From: Patescibacteria group bacterium
GTDB lineage: Bacteria > Patescibacteriota > UBA1384 > JACPKC01
Reading direction: 5' to 3'
Assembly (NCBI GenBank): GCA_050944875.1
Contig: JBMNRW010000001.1
Coordinates: forward strand, 85,436-149,435
Length of the DNA: 64,000 bases
Shown here in pieces: positions 62,642 to 64,000 of the stretch. The translations under genes and the position numbers were made by a program. The notes under the pieces are model-generated. The model did no database searches, had not been told where the DNA came from, and was given only the letters and a program-made list of their open reading frames with translations. Each line of letters opens with the position of its first letter. The stretch's first letter is position 1.

Positions 62642-62718
62642 GGTCGTATAGCTCAGTTGGTTAGAGCGCTTCGTTCACATCGAAGAGGCCCCTGGTTCGA
62701 GTCCAGGTACGACCACCA
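62642..62718 (+). tRNA. tRNA-Val (anticodon CAC)
   Basis: GGTCGTATAGCTCAGTTGGTTAGAGCGCTTCGTTCACATCGAAGAGGCCCCTGGTTCGAGTCCAGGTACGACCACCA: cloverleaf, anticodon loop UU-CAC-AU, encoded CCA. Confidence 0.9.
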
Positions 62719-62744
62719 CGACGACCACGCACGGGAGTGCTATA

Positions 62745-63332
62745 GTGCGAGCAATGACGAACCAAACCCCCTATACCGGCAAAGCACCTGAGTCAGCGTA
62801 TGAGACGCTGCGGTTCATCGTGCTCGCGCTCATCGCTGCGCTAGCAGTGCGCGCCTTCATTGCGCAGCCGTTCGTTGTTCAGGGACAGAGCATGGAGCCA
62901 ACCTTTCACAGCCAGGACTACCTGGTCGTCGACAAGGTGAGCTACCGCATCGGCGAACCGGCCCGCGGCGACATCGTCGTGTTCAAGTCACCCGAGGACA
63001 TGTCGCAGAATTATATTAAGCGGGTGATTGGCCTCCCGGGTGAGACGATTCGTATCGAGAACCAGCGGGTCTCGGTTAATGGGACGCCGCTCGACGAGCA
63101 GTACCTCTCGATCGAAGACCAGAAACGTATCTTCGGTAGCAATGGCACGTTCTCGATGGAGCAGCAGCTTGGCAAGAGCGAGTACTTCGTGCTCGGAGAT
63201 AACCGTCAGCACTCGTCTGACTCCCGCCGGTGGGGACCGCTCCCACGTCAAAACATCCTCGGCCGAGCGATTCTCACGGTATTTCCCTTCGCGAGCTTCG
63301 GTCCGATCGAGCGGCCTCTATACACAGAGTAG
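62745..63332 (+). CDS. lepB: signal peptidase I (S26)
   Basis: QGQSMEPTF (Ser box), NYIKRVIGLPGE (Lys box), VLGDNRQHSSDSRRWG. Confidence 0.9.
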   Translation: MRAMTNQTPYTGKAPESAYETLRFIVLALIAALAVRAFIAQPFVVQGQSMEPTFHSQDYLVVDKVSYRIGEPARGDIVVFKSPEDMSQNYIKRVIGLPGETIRIENQRVSVNGTPLDEQYLSIEDQKRIFGSNGTFSMEQQLGKSEYFVLGDNRQHSSDSRRWGPLPRQNILGRAILTVFPFASFGPIERPLYTE

Positions 63333-63370
63333 ACGACAGCACGTGACCGACGTGCAATACTGCAGTGTAC

Positions 63371-64000
63371 ATGGTGTACGCTGATATTGTTATTGACGCG
63401 CCGTCGCCCAAGATCCTTAGCTACGGAATCACGCCTGAGCACCTGCCGTCAGTCGTGCCGGGGCAGCTCGTCGAGGTTCCGCTTGGGAACAGGGCCGTCA
63501 TGGGAATCGTGTGGGCACTCCGCAAGCGCCTGAATCAGGCCGTCGCACCGACCTCAATCCGCCCGCTCAATCGGGTCCTCTCCAATGGCCCCTGGGCAGA
63601 CCCCTCTACCCGGAAACTCGCCGAGCTCATTGCCCACGAGACAGACGAACCGATTGGCACCTGCCTCTTTCGCCTTCTCCCTCCGCCAGGCAAGCGCAGC
63701 ATCCCTACACTTACTGGCGAACTAACGCCATCCAGCAGGCGAGGAACCACGTACCACGTCATTGCAGCGAGTCGTCTCCGGACCAAAACGTACGTCGACC
63801 TCATTGTGCGCGCCCACCGCTCAGGCGAGCAGTCACTCATCGTCGCACCGCTCCACCGGTTTGGCGATCTTCAGAATCAACTCTCGTCAACCGAACTCCT
63901 CGTCACGTCGGTCTCCGCTGCCGACGCACCTACCAGCCAACGACGGACAGCAAGCGCGTTCGCAAAGGGGGAAATCGACGTACTCATCGCCACGCGCCAC
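63371..64000 (+). CDS. priA: primosomal protein N' (PriA), N-terminal part (3' end outside window)
   Basis: Open frame from ATG 63371 to the window edge: ...VVPGQLVEVPLGNRAVMGIVWAL... resembles the PriA N-terminal DNA-binding region. Confidence 0.6.
   Translation, partial: MVYADIVIDAPSPKILSYGITPEHLPSVVPGQLVEVPLGNRAVMGIVWALRKRLNQAVAPTSIRPLNRVLSNGPWADPSTRKLAELIAHETDEPIGTCLFRLLPPPGKRSIPTLTGELTPSSRRGTTYHVIAASRLRTKTYVDLIVRAHRSGEQSLIVAPLHRFGDLQNQLSSTELLVTSVSAADAPTSQRRTASAFAKGEIDVLIATRH

Overview
High-GC (~62%) bacterial chromosome segment, nearly all encoded on the minus strand. The core is one continuous ~32-kb translation/transcription gene array on the minus strand. It runs rpoB-rpoC-rpsL-rpsG-[CYTH]-fusA-tuf-rpsJ, then a 3.4-kb island, then the S10/spc/alpha clusters from rplC to rplQ, then rplM-rpsI. 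Flanking genes are rnc (partial), a PaaX-like regulator, a D-Ala-D-Ala carboxypeptidase, aspS, pheT-pheS, rbfA, obg, an M23/LysM peptidase, cdaA-cdaR (c-di-AMP), infB, gyrA, gyrB, an exopolysaccharide cluster (DUF4012, Wzz-like, GT4, WbaP), uvrA, a bactofilin, infC-rpmI-rplT, lspA, lepB and priA (partial). RNA genes found by eye: tRNA-Ala(GGC), tRNA-Gln(UUG), tRNA-Val(CAC) and a type-A RNase P RNA (rnpB) in a region the ORF track fills with spurious ORFs. Several proteins appear reduced: no L30 gene between rpsE and rplO, RpoA without an alpha-CTD, PheS catalytic core only, PheT without the tRNA-binding domain, and a short AspRS. This fits a reduced-genome, possibly CPR/Patescibacteria-like lineage; that placement is inference. 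The most unusual content is non-ribosomal genes inserted into the conserved operons. These are a nucleotide-sanitation mini-island between rplC and rpsJ (divergent dUTPase, DNPH1/NDT-like protein, a TerC gene with an in-frame TGA, tRNA-Ala), a CYTH gene between rpsG and fusA, and a PD40 beta-propeller between adk and secY. There is also an AT-rich (~42% GC) foreign-looking membrane-protein gene next to rnpB/tRNA-Gln. Many long ORFs in the track are antisense artefacts of high GC.
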